A stretch of DNA of 64,000 bases from a virus. The stretch spans positions 32,001 to 96,000 of IMG/VR virus record IMGVR_UViG_3300047510_002627. One strand, given 5' to 3'. Below the pieces are notes generated by a model. It was given only the letters and a program-made list of their open reading frames with translations. It did not search any database and had not been told where the DNA came from. Position 1 is the stretch's first letter. Each line of letters begins with the position of its first letter. Positions 40,118-49,549 of the stretch are shown here, in pieces. Position numbers and translations under genes: made by a program.

Positions 40118-40551
40118 CAAACCAAACTATTGAACCTCAAGTAAATTGGTCTCCCGACATGATGGTAGAAGTTACCCTTAGGGAACCAGACGATTTCTTA
40201 AAAGTAAGAGAAACCCTTACAAGAATCGGAGTAGCATCGAGAAAAGAAAAAAAATTGTATCAAAGTGCCCATATTTTACATAAACAGGGTAGATACTACA
40301 TCACTCATTTTAAGGAATTGTTTGCTTTGGACGGCAAACATGCAAACCTTACTGTGAATGATGTTCAAAGAAGAAACCGTATTATTCGACTTCTTTCGGA
40401 TTGGGGACTTATTGAAGTAATTGATGAGGAAAAAATTATGGATATTGCACCTCTCAATCAAATCAAGGTCATTGCGTACAAAGAAAAAAACGAATGGATT
40501 CTTGAACAAAAATATAATATCGGTGTTAAAAAAAGAACAGTTTCTGAGTAA
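40114..40551 (+). CDS. regA: Translational repressor RegA
   Basis: DDFLKVRETLTRIG, HILHKQGRYYITHFKELF and LL.DWGL motifs. Confidence 0.97.
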   Translation: MTNQTIEPQVNWSPDMMVEVTLREPDDFLKVRETLTRIGVASRKEKKLYQSAHILHKQGRYYITHFKELFALDGKHANLTVNDVQRRNRIIRLLSDWGLIEVIDEEKIMDIAPLNQIKVIAYKEKNEWILEQKYNIGVKKRTVSE

Positions 40552-40571
40552 TTCGGAAAACACTATAGAAT

Positions 40572-40599
40572 AATGGGGGTTTCAACACCTCCATTTTTT
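40572..40599 (+). terminator. Intrinsic terminator after regA
   Basis: AATGGGGGT/ACCTCCATT stem plus T-tract. Confidence 0.75.
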
Positions 40600-40621
40600 A
40601 TGCTTATGTTAATATATACTA

Positions 40622-40678
40622 TGGATGCCTTCGGGGTCCACAAAATACAAACTCGCTTTTAAAGGAGCTACTATAATG
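40622..40678 (+). promoter_or_regulatory. Candidate ROSE-like RNA thermometer in the hsp20 5' UTR
   Basis: UUCG-capped hairpin (40622-40640), then CTCGCTT pairing with the AAGGAG Shine-Dalgarno with a bulged G; contains the ROSE U(U/C)GCU motif. Confidence 0.6.
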
Positions 40679-41113
40679 ACTAATCTCGCACGATTAAATA
40701 CGTCGGATCTTCCTACCCTTATGGATAGGATTCATCGATATGGTATTGGTTTTGATGATTACTTTTTTGATAGATTCTGGAATCTTCACGAAACGACTTC
40801 AAATTATCCCCCATATAACTTAGTTACGTTAAGCAATGTCGAATCACGTTTGGAAATCGCACTCGCAGGATTTAAGAAAAAGGAAGTTTTTGTCTACACG
40901 CAAGACGGAAAACTCTTTGTGGAAGGGCAAAAAGAAGACAAGGAAACGGAGTCCACCTACGTACACAAAGGATTGGCGCAACGATCCTTCACTAGATCTT
41001 GGACTCTCGCAGATGACACAGAAGTTAGATCAGTTGAATTTGAGGATGGATTGTTGAGCGTTGTTCTTGGTAAAATTGTTCCAGAATCTCATAAACGAAA
41101 AGATTATCTATAA
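40676..41113 (+). CDS. hsp20: Small heat-shock protein Hsp20
   Basis: IGFD, NYPPYNL, LEIALAGF, HKGLAQRSFTR and FEDGLL motifs; AAAGGAG RBS places the start at 40676. Confidence 0.95.
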   Translation: MTNLARLNTSDLPTLMDRIHRYGIGFDDYFFDRFWNLHETTSNYPPYNLVTLSNVESRLEIALAGFKKKEVFVYTQDGKLFVEGQKEDKETESTYVHKGLAQRSFTRSWTLADDTEVRSVEFEDGLLSVVLGKIVPESHKRKDYL

Positions 41114-41161
41114 ATAATATTGGGCTACCCCCGATAACTATCGTTGTCGCATACTCAAATT

Positions 41162-41214
41162 AGGAGGGGAACTGGCAAAAACCAGTTGACACCCCTCCTT
41201 TTTCTTGGTAAAAT
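41162..41214 (+). promoter_or_regulatory. Terminator hairpin overlapping a consensus sigma70 promoter for the g43 operon
   Basis: AGGAGGGG...CCCCTCCT plus T-tract; TTGACA (41186-41191)-17 bp-TAAAAT (41209-41214). Confidence 0.8.
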
Positions 41215-41236
41215 GGTAAGAGGTATTAAGAGGAAA

Positions 41237-41614
41237 ATGACCGTAAAAGTTTTATTGTTAAAATCCGGTGAACAGATCATTGCAGATATTAATGGCATGT
41301 TCCGTGGAGAGGATCTAGTTAAGTATCAATTGATTAAACCATGTCAAGTGATAATCAATGGGGAATTTCGCGTCACAGAACCTCATGAAGAGGTGGCTGA
41401 AAATCAAATGAGCGTTTCTCTTTATCCTTGGCCTGCTCTAACCGAGGATGAAACGGTTGAGATTTTTTGTGATTGGGCAGTAACTATGGTAAATCCTAGT
41501 AGTAATCTTAAAGAAATGTATGAAACACAGGTATTGAAAAATGACAGAAGAGAAGAAGGAACCGAAATTAATCAAAGCGATTCTTCTGATGAACAATCAA
41601 TTGTTGATCAGTGA
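41237..41614 (+). CDS. Sm-like-fold hypothetical protein
   Basis: MTVKVLLLKSGEQIIADI...LYPWP...P...LKEMY; GAGGA RBS places the start at 41237. Confidence 0.65.
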   Translation: MTVKVLLLKSGEQIIADINGMFRGEDLVKYQLIKPCQVIINGEFRVTEPHEEVAENQMSVSLYPWPALTEDETVEIFCDWAVTMVNPSSNLKEMYETQVLKNDRREEGTEINQSDSSDEQSIVDQ

Positions 41615-41831
41615 AATTGAACAGATAGCATGTGATATAGGTGAACCAGATTGTAGATTGACAGACCCCTATTTGGTAAATCAATTGACGGGGGAAATCG
41701 AAGGAACATGGTTACAAGAATTTTCAAAACCAGGAGTAAATTCATTTGAAATTCATTCCGATAAAATAGTAACCTTTTTTACTCCAAGAGCAACACTTCT
41801 AGAAAAATACACAGAGCATCTTATCAAATGA
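41541..41831 (+). CDS. Hypothetical protein, possibly a divergent Sm-like paralogue
   Basis: IKAILL...LISEI, GEPDCRL.DP and IHSDKIVT..P...LLEKY motifs; overlaps its neighbours. Confidence 0.65.
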   Translation: MTEEKKEPKLIKAILLMNNQLLISEIEQIACDIGEPDCRLTDPYLVNQLTGEIEGTWLQEFSKPGVNSFEIHSDKIVTFFTPRATLLEKYTEHLIK

Positions 41832-44335
41832 GATTTTATACGAACGTCCAAATGATCGGGAATAAGTTTCTCGTTCGTGGTTATGAAAATGGTGAACGTG
41901 TGATGTTCAAAGAAGAGTATTCTCCTACTCTTTTTGTAAAATCAAATAAAAAAACTGAATATAAAACTCTTGAGGGGGAATACGTTCAAGCAATTAAACC
42001 TGGAACAGTTAAGGACTGCAGAGAGTTTTATAAACAGTATGAAGATGTAAATAACTTTAAAATTTATGGAAATGATAGGTATATCTATCAGTATATTTCT
42101 GACAAGTATCCAGAAGAAGAAATAAAGTTTGACATTACTAAAATTAAACTTTATACTATTGATATTGAAACTACTTCAGAAAATGGATTTCCAGATCCCA
42201 AAGAATGTTCAGAAGAAATTCTTCTGATTACAATTCAAGATTATGCAACAAAACAAATTACAACATGGGGAATCGGTCCATTTGATAACAAACAAGAAAA
42301 TGTTCATTATATTCAATGTGACTCTGAATATGATCTTTTGGTAAAGTTTCTCAATTACTGGGAGCACAATATTCCAGAAGTTGTTACTGGTTGGAATATC
42401 GAGTTTTTTGATATTCCTTATATTTGTGGTCGTCTTGCAAGAGTTCTTGGTGAAAAACGGATGAAAAGTTTTTCACCTTGGGGACTTGTAACTGAAAACA
42501 AAGTTTTCATGAATAATCGAGAACAAGTAAACTATGATATTGGTGGACTTACTCAACTAGATTACTTGAACCTTTACAAGAAGTTTACTTATACTGCCCA
42601 GGAATCATATCGTCTGGATTATATTGCTGAAGTTGAATTGGGTCAAAAGAAACTAGATCACTCTGAGTTCGATACGTTTAAGGATTTTTATACAAAGGGA
42701 TGGCAGAAATTTGTTGAGTATAATATTGTTGACGTGGAACTTGTTGATCGTTTAGAGGATAAGAAGAAATTGATTGAATTGGCAATCAATATGGCATTCG
42801 ACGCAAAAGTAAACTTTGTAGATGTATTCTACCAAGTCAGGATGTGGGATGCGATCATTTACAATTATCTTAAGAAAAAGAACATCGTAATTCCTCCTAA
42901 AGATCCAACTGAAAAGAATGATAAGTATGCTGGTGCTCATGTAAAAGATCCAATACCGGGGGTCTATGATTGGATTGTTAATTTTGATCTTAATTCCCTA
43001 TACCCTCACTTGATTATGCAATCAAACATTAGCCCAGAAACACTAATCGAAGAAAGATTCCCAAATATTTCTGTGGATAAAATTCTTGACCGTAAAATTT
43101 CTATTGATGGTTATGAAGATTATGCAATCTGTCCAAATGGATCTATGTATAGAAAAGATGTTCGTGGATTTCTTCCTGAATTGATGGAAAAGATTTATAA
43201 TGAACGTGTGATCTATAAAAAGAAAATGATTGCCGCTAAGAAGAAATACGAAAAAACTCCCACAGAAGAACTGAGAAAGGAGATTGATCGTTGTAATAAT
43301 ATTCAAATGGCACGTAAGATTCAATTAAATTCTGCTTATGGTGCTATTGGAAATCAATATTTCCGATACTACAAACTTGAAAATGCTGAGGCAATTACCC
43401 TCGGTGGACAAGTGGCGATTCGTTGGATCGAAAGTAAATTGAATGAATACATGAATAAAGCTCTTAAAACTGAGGATATTGAATATGTCATTTATGCTGA
43501 TACTGATTCTGTTTATCTCCATATGGGTCCTTTGGTTGAAAGTATATTCAAGGGAAGAGAGAAAGTTACTGAAAGCATTGTGGGGTTCCTTGATAAGGTC
43601 GCTAAAGTGGAACTTGAAAAATATATTGAAGGTTCTTACCAAGAATTGGCGGAATACTTAAATTCATACGAACAAAAGATGCAGATGAAGCGAGAGAACA
43701 TTGCTGATCGTGGAATCTGGACTGCAAAAAAACGTTATATTCTCAATGTATGGGATAGTGAAGGAGTTCGGTATGAAGAACCAAAACTTAAGATTATGGG
43801 AATTGAAGCAATTAAATCTTCAACTCCAGCTCCTTGTCGGCAGATGATTAAAAATGCCATTAAAATTATGATGAGTGGTACAGAAGATACTCTCATTGAT
43901 TATATTGAAAAACAAAGAAAGGAATTTAAAAAGTATTCTCCAGAGCAAATTTCATTTCCCAAATCCATTTCCGATGTTGTAAAATGGAAATCACCAGCTA
44001 CAATTTATTTGAAAAATACAGGAAAAGGATGTCCGATTCATGTTAGAGGAGCACTTTTGTTTAATCATTATGTGAACAAAAGCAAACTGACGAATAAATA
44101 TTCACTGATTCAAAATGGCGAAAAAATTAAATATTGCTATTTGAAACTTCCAAATCCCATTCACGAAAATGTAATTTCTTTCATTCAGGAATTCCCGAAA
44201 GAATTGGGACTTAATGAGTTCGTAAATTATGACATTCAATTTGAAAAAGGATTTCTTGAACCATTGAAAATTATTTTGAATGCAATTGGATGGAAACATG
44301 AAAAGATTGCATCTTTGGAGGACTTTTTTACTTGA
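41828..44335 (+). CDS. g43: Family B DNA polymerase gp43
   Basis: ExoI DIET, FDLNSLYP, KIQLNSAYG, YADTDS and KKRY motifs; C-terminal clamp-binding-like SLEDFF; no intein. Confidence 0.98.
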   Translation: MRFYTNVQMIGNKFLVRGYENGERVMFKEEYSPTLFVKSNKKTEYKTLEGEYVQAIKPGTVKDCREFYKQYEDVNNFKIYGNDRYIYQYISDKYPEEEIKFDITKIKLYTIDIETTSENGFPDPKECSEEILLITIQDYATKQITTWGIGPFDNKQENVHYIQCDSEYDLLVKFLNYWEHNIPEVVTGWNIEFFDIPYICGRLARVLGEKRMKSFSPWGLVTENKVFMNNREQVNYDIGGLTQLDYLNLYKKFTYTAQESYRLDYIAEVELGQKKLDHSEFDTFKDFYTKGWQKFVEYNIVDVELVDRLEDKKKLIELAINMAFDAKVNFVDVFYQVRMWDAIIYNYLKKKNIVIPPKDPTEKNDKYAGAHVKDPIPGVYDWIVNFDLNSLYPHLIMQSNISPETLIEERFPNISVDKILDRKISIDGYEDYAICPNGSMYRKDVRGFLPELMEKIYNERVIYKKKMIAAKKKYEKTPTEELRKEIDRCNNIQMARKIQLNSAYGAIGNQYFRYYKLENAEAITLGGQVAIRWIESKLNEYMNKALKTEDIEYVIYADTDSVYLHMGPLVESIFKGREKVTESIVGFLDKVAKVELEKYIEGSYQELAEYLNSYEQKMQMKRENIADRGIWTAKKRYILNVWDSEGVRYEEPKLKIMGIEAIKSSTPAPCRQMIKNAIKIMMSGTEDTLIDYIEKQRKEFKKYSPEQISFPKSISDVVKWKSPATIYLKNTGKGCPIHVRGALLFNHYVNKSKLTNKYSLIQNGEKIKYCYLKLPNPIHENVISFIQEFPKELGLNEFVNYDIQFEKGFLEPLKIILNAIGWKHEKIASLEDFFT

Positions 44336-44469
44336 TGGAACTACCTATAAATTCTGTAGAATTTGAAACAATTTTAAAAATGCTTGAAAAGGATAGATCT
44401 AAAAATTGGCAATTATGGTCAAAACTTTGGTCTTATAAAATGAACGTATTGAACAAGGAGAAAAATTAA
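44335..44469 (+). CDS. Small hypothetical protein (44 aa, not in the ORF track)
   Basis: [19 protein letters not shown]...[11 protein letters not shown]; TGATG and TAATG overlaps with g43 and uvsX indicate translational coupling. Confidence 0.7.
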   Translation: MELPINSVEFETILKMLEKDRSKNWQLWSKLWSYKMNVLNKEKN

Positions 44470-45473
44470 TGGATTTTCTTAAAGATATAATTAAAGAAAT
44501 TGGTGGTGAATACACCCAACTTGCTTCAGATATTAATGAAACTGAAACTTTTGTGGATACGGGTTCGTACATTTTTAATGCTCTTGTATCCGGCAGTATA
44601 TTTGGTGGGGTATCTGGGAATAAGATTACTGCAATCGCAGGCGAAAGTTCTACAGGTAAGACTTTCTTCTCTCTCGCCGTCGTTAAAAATTTTCTTGATA
44701 ATAATCCTGATGGATATTGTCTGTATTTTGATACTGAAGCAGCAATCACAAAATCCCTTCTGGAGAGCAGGGGAATTGACACAACTCGCTTGGTGGTTGT
44801 CAATGTCGTAACTGTTGAAGAGTTTCGCACAAAGGCACTCAAGGCAGTTGATATGTATATGAAGAAACCTGAAGGAGAACGCAGTCCTTGCATGTTTGTG
44901 TTAGACTCTCTAGGAATGCTTTCTACCAGTAAAGAGATCAATGATGCTCTGAACGATAAAGAAGTTCGGGACATGACCAAATCTCAACTGATTAAAGGTG
45001 CCTTCCGTATGTTGACTCTTAAACTGGGTCAAGCGAATATTCCCATGTTAGTTACTAATCACACTTATGATGTTATTGGTGCTTATGTTCCTACAAAAGA
45101 AATGGGTGGTGGTAGTGGTCTTAAGTACGCCGCTTCTACTATCATTTATCTTAGTAAGAAGAAAGAGAAGGATGGAACGGAAGTCATTGGAAATATTATC
45201 AAGGCAAAGACTCATAAATCGCGTTTAAGTAAGGAGAATCAAGATGTGGAAGTCCGTCTTTATTATGATGAGCGCGGCCTTGATCGTTACTATGGTCTTT
45301 TGGAACTTGGTGAACTTGGTGGACTCTGGAAGAATGTAGCAGGACGTTATGAAATGGATGGTAAGAAAATTTATGCCAAGGAAATTCTCAAGAATCCCGA
45401 GAAATACTTCACTGAAGAAGTAATGGAGAAACTTGATGTAATTGCCAAAGGTGAGTTTTCTTATGGAGAGTAA
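44469..45473 (+). CDS. uvsX: RecA-like recombinase UvsX
   Basis: [19 protein letters not shown] and [12 protein letters not shown] motifs. Confidence 0.96.
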   Translation: MDFLKDIIKEIGGEYTQLASDINETETFVDTGSYIFNALVSGSIFGGVSGNKITAIAGESSTGKTFFSLAVVKNFLDNNPDGYCLYFDTEAAITKSLLESRGIDTTRLVVVNVVTVEEFRTKALKAVDMYMKKPEGERSPCMFVLDSLGMLSTSKEINDALNDKEVRDMTKSQLIKGAFRMLTLKLGQANIPMLVTNHTYDVIGAYVPTKEMGGGSGLKYAASTIIYLSKKKEKDGTEVIGNIIKAKTHKSRLSKENQDVEVRLYYDERGLDRYYGLLELGELGGLWKNVAGRYEMDGKKIYAKEILKNPEKYFTEEVMEKLDVIAKGEFSYGE

Positions 45474-46008
45474 AGACTTTATCTTTCAAATTGATGATGC
45501 AATTTCTCCAAGATCTTGTGAACAAATAATTAATTTATTTGGAAATAATCCTGGGAAAGAAAGAATCGATCAGGGGGGTACTCCTAATTTTACTCAATTA
45601 AACATTAGTCAACATCTTCCAGATTTAGTTGATCCAATATCTGGAAGTGTTGTTAACCACCTTGAACAATATGAAAAAAAGTTTGAAAATTTTGCGGCAT
45701 TTTTTCCAGAAGATATATGTCTTGAAGAATTCCGAATAAAGTGCTATGATTCCTCAAGAAGGGACAGATTTGATCTTCATGTGGATGTTACTGACCAGGA
45801 TTCTTCCGTTAGGTTATTGGCATTTCTTTATTATTTAAATGATGATTTTACTGGAGGTGAAACTATTTTTCCCGATCATGATCTGATTATTAAACCAAAA
45901 ACAGGATCATTAGTTATTTTTCCCTCAACTTGGCAATATCCTCATAAGGGAACACCTGTTAAAACAGGTAAAAAATATATTATGTCAACCTATCTACATT
46001 ACTATTGA
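45463..46008 (+). CDS. 2OG-Fe(II) oxygenase (prolyl-4-hydroxylase-like)
   Basis: HVD...LYYLND.F.GGET.F...H.G..V..G.KY facial-triad pattern. Confidence 0.9.
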   Translation: MESKDFIFQIDDAISPRSCEQIINLFGNNPGKERIDQGGTPNFTQLNISQHLPDLVDPISGSVVNHLEQYEKKFENFAAFFPEDICLEEFRIKCYDSSRRDRFDLHVDVTDQDSSVRLLAFLYYLNDDFTGGETIFPDHDLIIKPKTGSLVIFPSTWQYPHKGTPVKTGKKYIMSTYLHYY

Positions 46009-47393
46009 TGGAAAAGATTGAATACTTGATTTTGCGGAATTTACTTTTCAATGAAGAATATCTTAGGTTAGTTCTTCCATTCATTCAAGAAGAGTATTTT
46101 CAAGACAACGCTCAAAAAAATCTCTTCATTGCGATCAGAGATTTTGTGTTGGAGTATAATAAACCTCCAACAAAAGAAATTCTTCATGTAGAAATTGGAA
46201 ATAAGCAAGATCTTACGGAAGAAGATTATAAATCAATCACTCACATCATTAATTCTTTTGAACAAGTTGATGTTGAATTTGAATGGTTGATGAAAACTTC
46301 AGAAGAGTGGTGTAAAGATCGTGCTCTTTATAATGCTATTATGGAGTCTGTCAATCGCTATGAATCCAATGGAAAACAGGATAGAGGATCTCTTCCTGCA
46401 TTGATGCAAGATGCGTTGGCAGTTAGTTTTGACACACACATTGGACATGATTACTTAGAAGATGCAGAAAAACGATACGAATACCTTCACCGAAAACAAG
46501 AAAAAATTCCATTCGATCTTGAATATTTTGACAAAATTACAAAAGGTGGTTTATCTCCAAAGACTCTTACTGTCGCACTTGCTGGTACGGGTGTCGGGAA
46601 ATCTTTATTCATGTGCCATTTTGCTAGCTCCGTGTTGCTCCAAGGACGGAACGTTCTCTACATTACAATGGAAATGGCAGAAGAGAAAATTGCTGAACGA
46701 ATTGACGCGAATTTATTGAATGTGTCAATTCAAGATCTGCAAACTCTTCCAAAGTCGGCATTTGAAACTAAGGTAAAGAAATTAGCAGCAAAGACTCAGG
46801 GTAATCTTATAATTAAGGAATACCCAACTGCGTCTGCACATGCAGGACATTTTAAATCTCTTCTTAATGATTTGGCACTTAAAAAGTCATTTCATCCTGA
46901 TATCATCTTTATTGATTACCTCAATATTTGTGCTTCCTCTAGGTATAGGGCAGGAAGTAATGTCAATACTTACACCTTTGTAAAGGCAATCGCTGAGGAA
47001 ATACGAGGAATTGGACAAGAATTTAATGTGCCAATCGTATCTGCCACTCAAACTACTAGGTCTGGTTTTGGAAGTTCTGATCCAGACCTTACCGACACTA
47101 GTGAGTCCTTTGGTCTCCCTGCTACTGCTGACCTTATGTTTGCCCTTATTAGCAGTGAGCAGTTGGAGGAGATGGGACAAATTATGGTGAAGCAACTTAA
47201 GAATCGAGATAATGATCGAGGGTGGTATAAGAAGTTTTGTGTGGGTATTGACAGATCGAAGATGAGGTTGTATGATGTAGAACAGTCAGCACAAGAAGGA
47301 ATCCATGACTCTGGGCAAGATGAAGAATACGAATTCAAAGACAAATCTATGTCTAAAATGAAAGAAAAATTTGGAGGATTTAGTTTTGAGTAA
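46008..47393 (+). CDS. g41: Replicative helicase gp41
   Basis: AGTGVGKS, ITMEMAEE, IDYLNI, SATQTTR and SESFGLPATAD motifs. Confidence 0.97.
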   Translation: MEKIEYLILRNLLFNEEYLRLVLPFIQEEYFQDNAQKNLFIAIRDFVLEYNKPPTKEILHVEIGNKQDLTEEDYKSITHIINSFEQVDVEFEWLMKTSEEWCKDRALYNAIMESVNRYESNGKQDRGSLPALMQDALAVSFDTHIGHDYLEDAEKRYEYLHRKQEKIPFDLEYFDKITKGGLSPKTLTVALAGTGVGKSLFMCHFASSVLLQGRNVLYITMEMAEEKIAERIDANLLNVSIQDLQTLPKSAFETKVKKLAAKTQGNLIIKEYPTASAHAGHFKSLLNDLALKKSFHPDIIFIDYLNICASSRYRAGSNVNTYTFVKAIAEEIRGIGQEFNVPIVSATQTTRSGFGSSDPDLTDTSESFGLPATADLMFALISSEQLEEMGQIMVKQLKNRDNDRGWYKKFCVGIDRSKMRLYDVEQSAQEGIHDSGQDEEYEFKDKSMSKMKEKFGGFSFE

Positions 47394-47700
47394 AAAGTAT
47401 AAATCTGAAGATTATTTTTCAGTCATTGAAACTAAAACGGGAAAAAAGATTTGTGATTGTGCTGAACAGGAAGATGCTCTTATGATGGTATCTTTTGATT
47501 CCAGTAATAGAACTATTACTAGAAATAATTTTCTGATGGGACAAGTCGTCGATATTGAAGTTCCAAAACAACTTCCCACAAATGAAGTTGTTCATATTCC
47601 AATTGATACAACTGAGTATAAAAATCACCAAGAAAACTGGATGGTTGATAAACTTAAAAAACTACAACAAAGTGACCTGATAGAATTTACTGGAGAATAA
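47371..47700 (+). CDS. Hypothetical protein (start uncertain)
   Basis: ORF fills the gap between g41 and mazG. Confidence 0.55.
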   Translation: MEDLVLSKKYKSEDYFSVIETKTGKKICDCAEQEDALMMVSFDSSNRTITRNNFLMGQVVDIEVPKQLPTNEVVHIPIDTTEYKNHQENWMVDKLKKLQQSDLIEFTGE

Positions 47701-47703
47701 ATT

Positions 47704-48219
47704 ATGCCAATGAATACCGCAGCAATTCAACAAGGTGGCCGCCCACCAGAACCAAATATTACAATTACAAAAGAAGTACAACCTGATCAATCTGTAAAAT
47801 TTACTATGAGTCAAAAAAAAGTAGATCAAAAACGATACATTGAATTTGTTGATGGAGTCACAAGTGCAGAAAGCACTGATTTTGCAACTCTTCTTAAGAG
47901 ACTTACTGAACTTGAGGTTCAGGATGCAAATGTTCCAAAATTACTCACTGCCTCTCTTGGTATGAGTGCTGAGGCAGGTGAATTTACTGAAGTTGTTAAG
48001 AAAATGGTTTTTCAAGGAAAACCATACAGCGAAGATAATGTATTTCATTTGAAACGTGAACTTGGTGACATTCTTTGGTACGTTGCTCAAGCATGTATGG
48101 CACTTGATACCAACTTTGATGAACTTATGGAAATGAATGTTGAAAAATTAAAAGCACGTTATCCTGGTGGAGAGTTTGATGTCCACTATTCTGAAAATCG
48201 TAAGGAGGGAGATGTATGA
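47704..48219 (+). CDS. mazG: MazG-like nucleotide pyrophosphohydrolase
   Basis: AEAGEFTEVVKK, ELGDILWY and N..KL.ARYP motifs. Confidence 0.93.
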   Translation: MPMNTAAIQQGGRPPEPNITITKEVQPDQSVKFTMSQKKVDQKRYIEFVDGVTSAESTDFATLLKRLTELEVQDANVPKLLTASLGMSAEAGEFTEVVKKMVFQGKPYSEDNVFHLKRELGDILWYVAQACMALDTNFDELMEMNVEKLKARYPGGEFDVHYSENRKEGDV

Positions 48220-48347
48220 GCACTCGTCAATTTGTAACTAAGTCTGGTGATACTTGGGAATGGGAAGAAAGTAAAGAAGTTGTTAAAGCAGTTAAAGATT
48301 ACTGGAAAGTTGTAAACGAAAATCAATCAAAATCTGAAGACAAATAA
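48216..48347 (+). CDS. Small hypothetical protein (43 aa, not in the ORF track)
   Basis: MSTRQFVTKSGDTWEWEE...; ATGA overlap with mazG and a purine-rich AAGGAGGGAG RBS. Confidence 0.65.
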   Translation: MSTRQFVTKSGDTWEWEESKEVVKAVKDYWKVVNENQSKSEDK

Positions 48348-48360
48348 ATATATGAATATG

Positions 48361-48390
48361 ACCTCTTCTAAATAATAGAAGGGGTTTTTT
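48361..48390 (+). terminator. Terminator hairpin containing a late promoter
   Basis: 10-bp stem ACCTCTTCTA/TAGAAGGGGT plus T-tract; TCTAAATA (48367-48374) spans the 5' arm and loop. Confidence 0.75.
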
Positions 48391-48396
48391 ATTACT

Positions 48397-48954
48397 ATGC
48401 CTCGATATAGAAATAGATCTTCCTTCATGGAAGAGTTAAGAAGATTAGATTCGATAGATCGGGCAGTAAAAAAAACTTCTTGGGATGATACTAATGTATC
48501 TTATGATATTGGTGATCGAAGGACCACTGAGATTAAAACATCAGTAAATGATTTTATTGATGAAATTGATTCGGTGGAGGATAATCCAAGACCTCAAAAT
48601 ATAATGGAGAGGTTGATTGAATTGAGTGATAATTCGGAATTTGAAACTCCGCAAAATAATATGTATAAATTAATTGACATACTAGATGAAAAAAAATATG
48701 GATATCCCCAACCAGGAGATATCTTTACTTTTATATACAGAGCAAAAACTCCAAATTTGATCTATGATATGCATCCAGTTACTATGATAACTGGTCTTGA
48801 TCGAGGAAAATTTTGGGGATGGAACTATCACCTTAATATGATAAGGCAATATTCCGGTAAAGATGGCAGAGTTCTTAGTAATTTTTATAAGATAGATCAA
48901 GATGAGTTGCCAATAGTTTTGTCAATCAACACTAAGTTATTGTTACGAACATAA
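48397..48954 (+). CDS. Possible gp2-like DNA end protector family protein
   Basis: C-terminal PG..FTFIY.AKT....YD.HP....G.NYH pattern resembles gp2-like proteins; late promoter upstream. Confidence 0.5.
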   Translation: MPRYRNRSSFMEELRRLDSIDRAVKKTSWDDTNVSYDIGDRRTTEIKTSVNDFIDEIDSVEDNPRPQNIMERLIELSDNSEFETPQNNMYKLIDILDEKKYGYPQPGDIFTFIYRAKTPNLIYDMHPVTMITGLDRGKFWGWNYHLNMIRQYSGKDGRVLSNFYKIDQDELPIVLSINTKLLLRT

Positions 48955-48955
48955 A

Positions 48956-49549
48956 ATGAAAAGTTTTTCAAATTTCCAAACAGAAGCAAATAAATCACTT
49001 GCAGGATTTCATGCAAAAAGATTGGGATTGAAGTATGATAAAAAAACGGGCGGATATGTTGGAAGACATACTGGAGAATTTGTAGCAAAGTCGGTTAATG
49101 GTAATTTAAAATTTTATAATCAAAATCAACAAATTGGCAAAAAGGATCCAAAACAAATTAGAGGTAATCGTTTTCCTAATGCTGTTGCTTCAGATTATAA
49201 ACCAAATACACCATTAAGAACCGAAGAACAAATAAAGGAACTCCGAGAACAATATATTGCAAAAGAAATATTTTTAGAAGGCGATTGGATACAAAACCCA
49301 ATGAATGGATTAGTTGGCAAAATCATTCGTAGAGGTACTAATTATCTGATTTGTGTAACTGAAGAAAATCAAATGTTTAAACCTTGGATACATGATGTTG
49401 TTGAATGGACAGAAATATCTGGTGTTCCGGCAGATCAAAGATTAATTGGAACTGATTCACATAGAAATTATGTTGCTAAAATGGCGGGTGCTGAAGGAAT
49501 AAGGAACTTCATAAATAAGTATAAGGCAAAGAGAGTAAATAAGAAATGA
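48956..49549 (+). CDS. Probable internal head protein resembling cyanophage cytidyltransferase-annotated proteins, without the catalytic domain
   Basis: Capsid-targeting-like N-terminus MKSFSNFQTEA; GEFVAK...LKFYN and LREQY...GKIIRRGTNYLICVTE modules; no HIGH-type motif. Confidence 0.55.
   Translation: MKSFSNFQTEANKSLAGFHAKRLGLKYDKKTGGYVGRHTGEFVAKSVNGNLKFYNQNQQIGKKDPKQIRGNRFPNAVASDYKPNTPLRTEEQIKELREQYIAKEIFLEGDWIQNPMNGLVGKIIRRGTNYLICVTEENQMFKPWIHDVVEWTEISGVPADQRLIGTDSHRNYVAKMAGAEGIRNFINKYKAKRVNKK

Noticed and set aside
40625-40675. Longer hsp20 start given by the ORF track
   Set aside because: The AAAGGAG RBS and family length favour ATG 40676; the extension is the structured UTR
41170-41187. 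AACTGG-N6-CCAGTT as a third copy of the early palindrome
   Set aside because: Half-site orientation and distance to the -10 box differ from the 31910 and 34188 elements; treated as part of the RNA hairpin
41144-41236. TTG-start extension of the 41237 ORF
   Set aside because: Runs through a terminator and promoter; the RBS supports ATG 41237
44399-44980. 193-aa minus-strand ORF opposite uvsX
   Set aside because: Antisense shadow of a conserved gene; no RBS, promoter or recognisable motif
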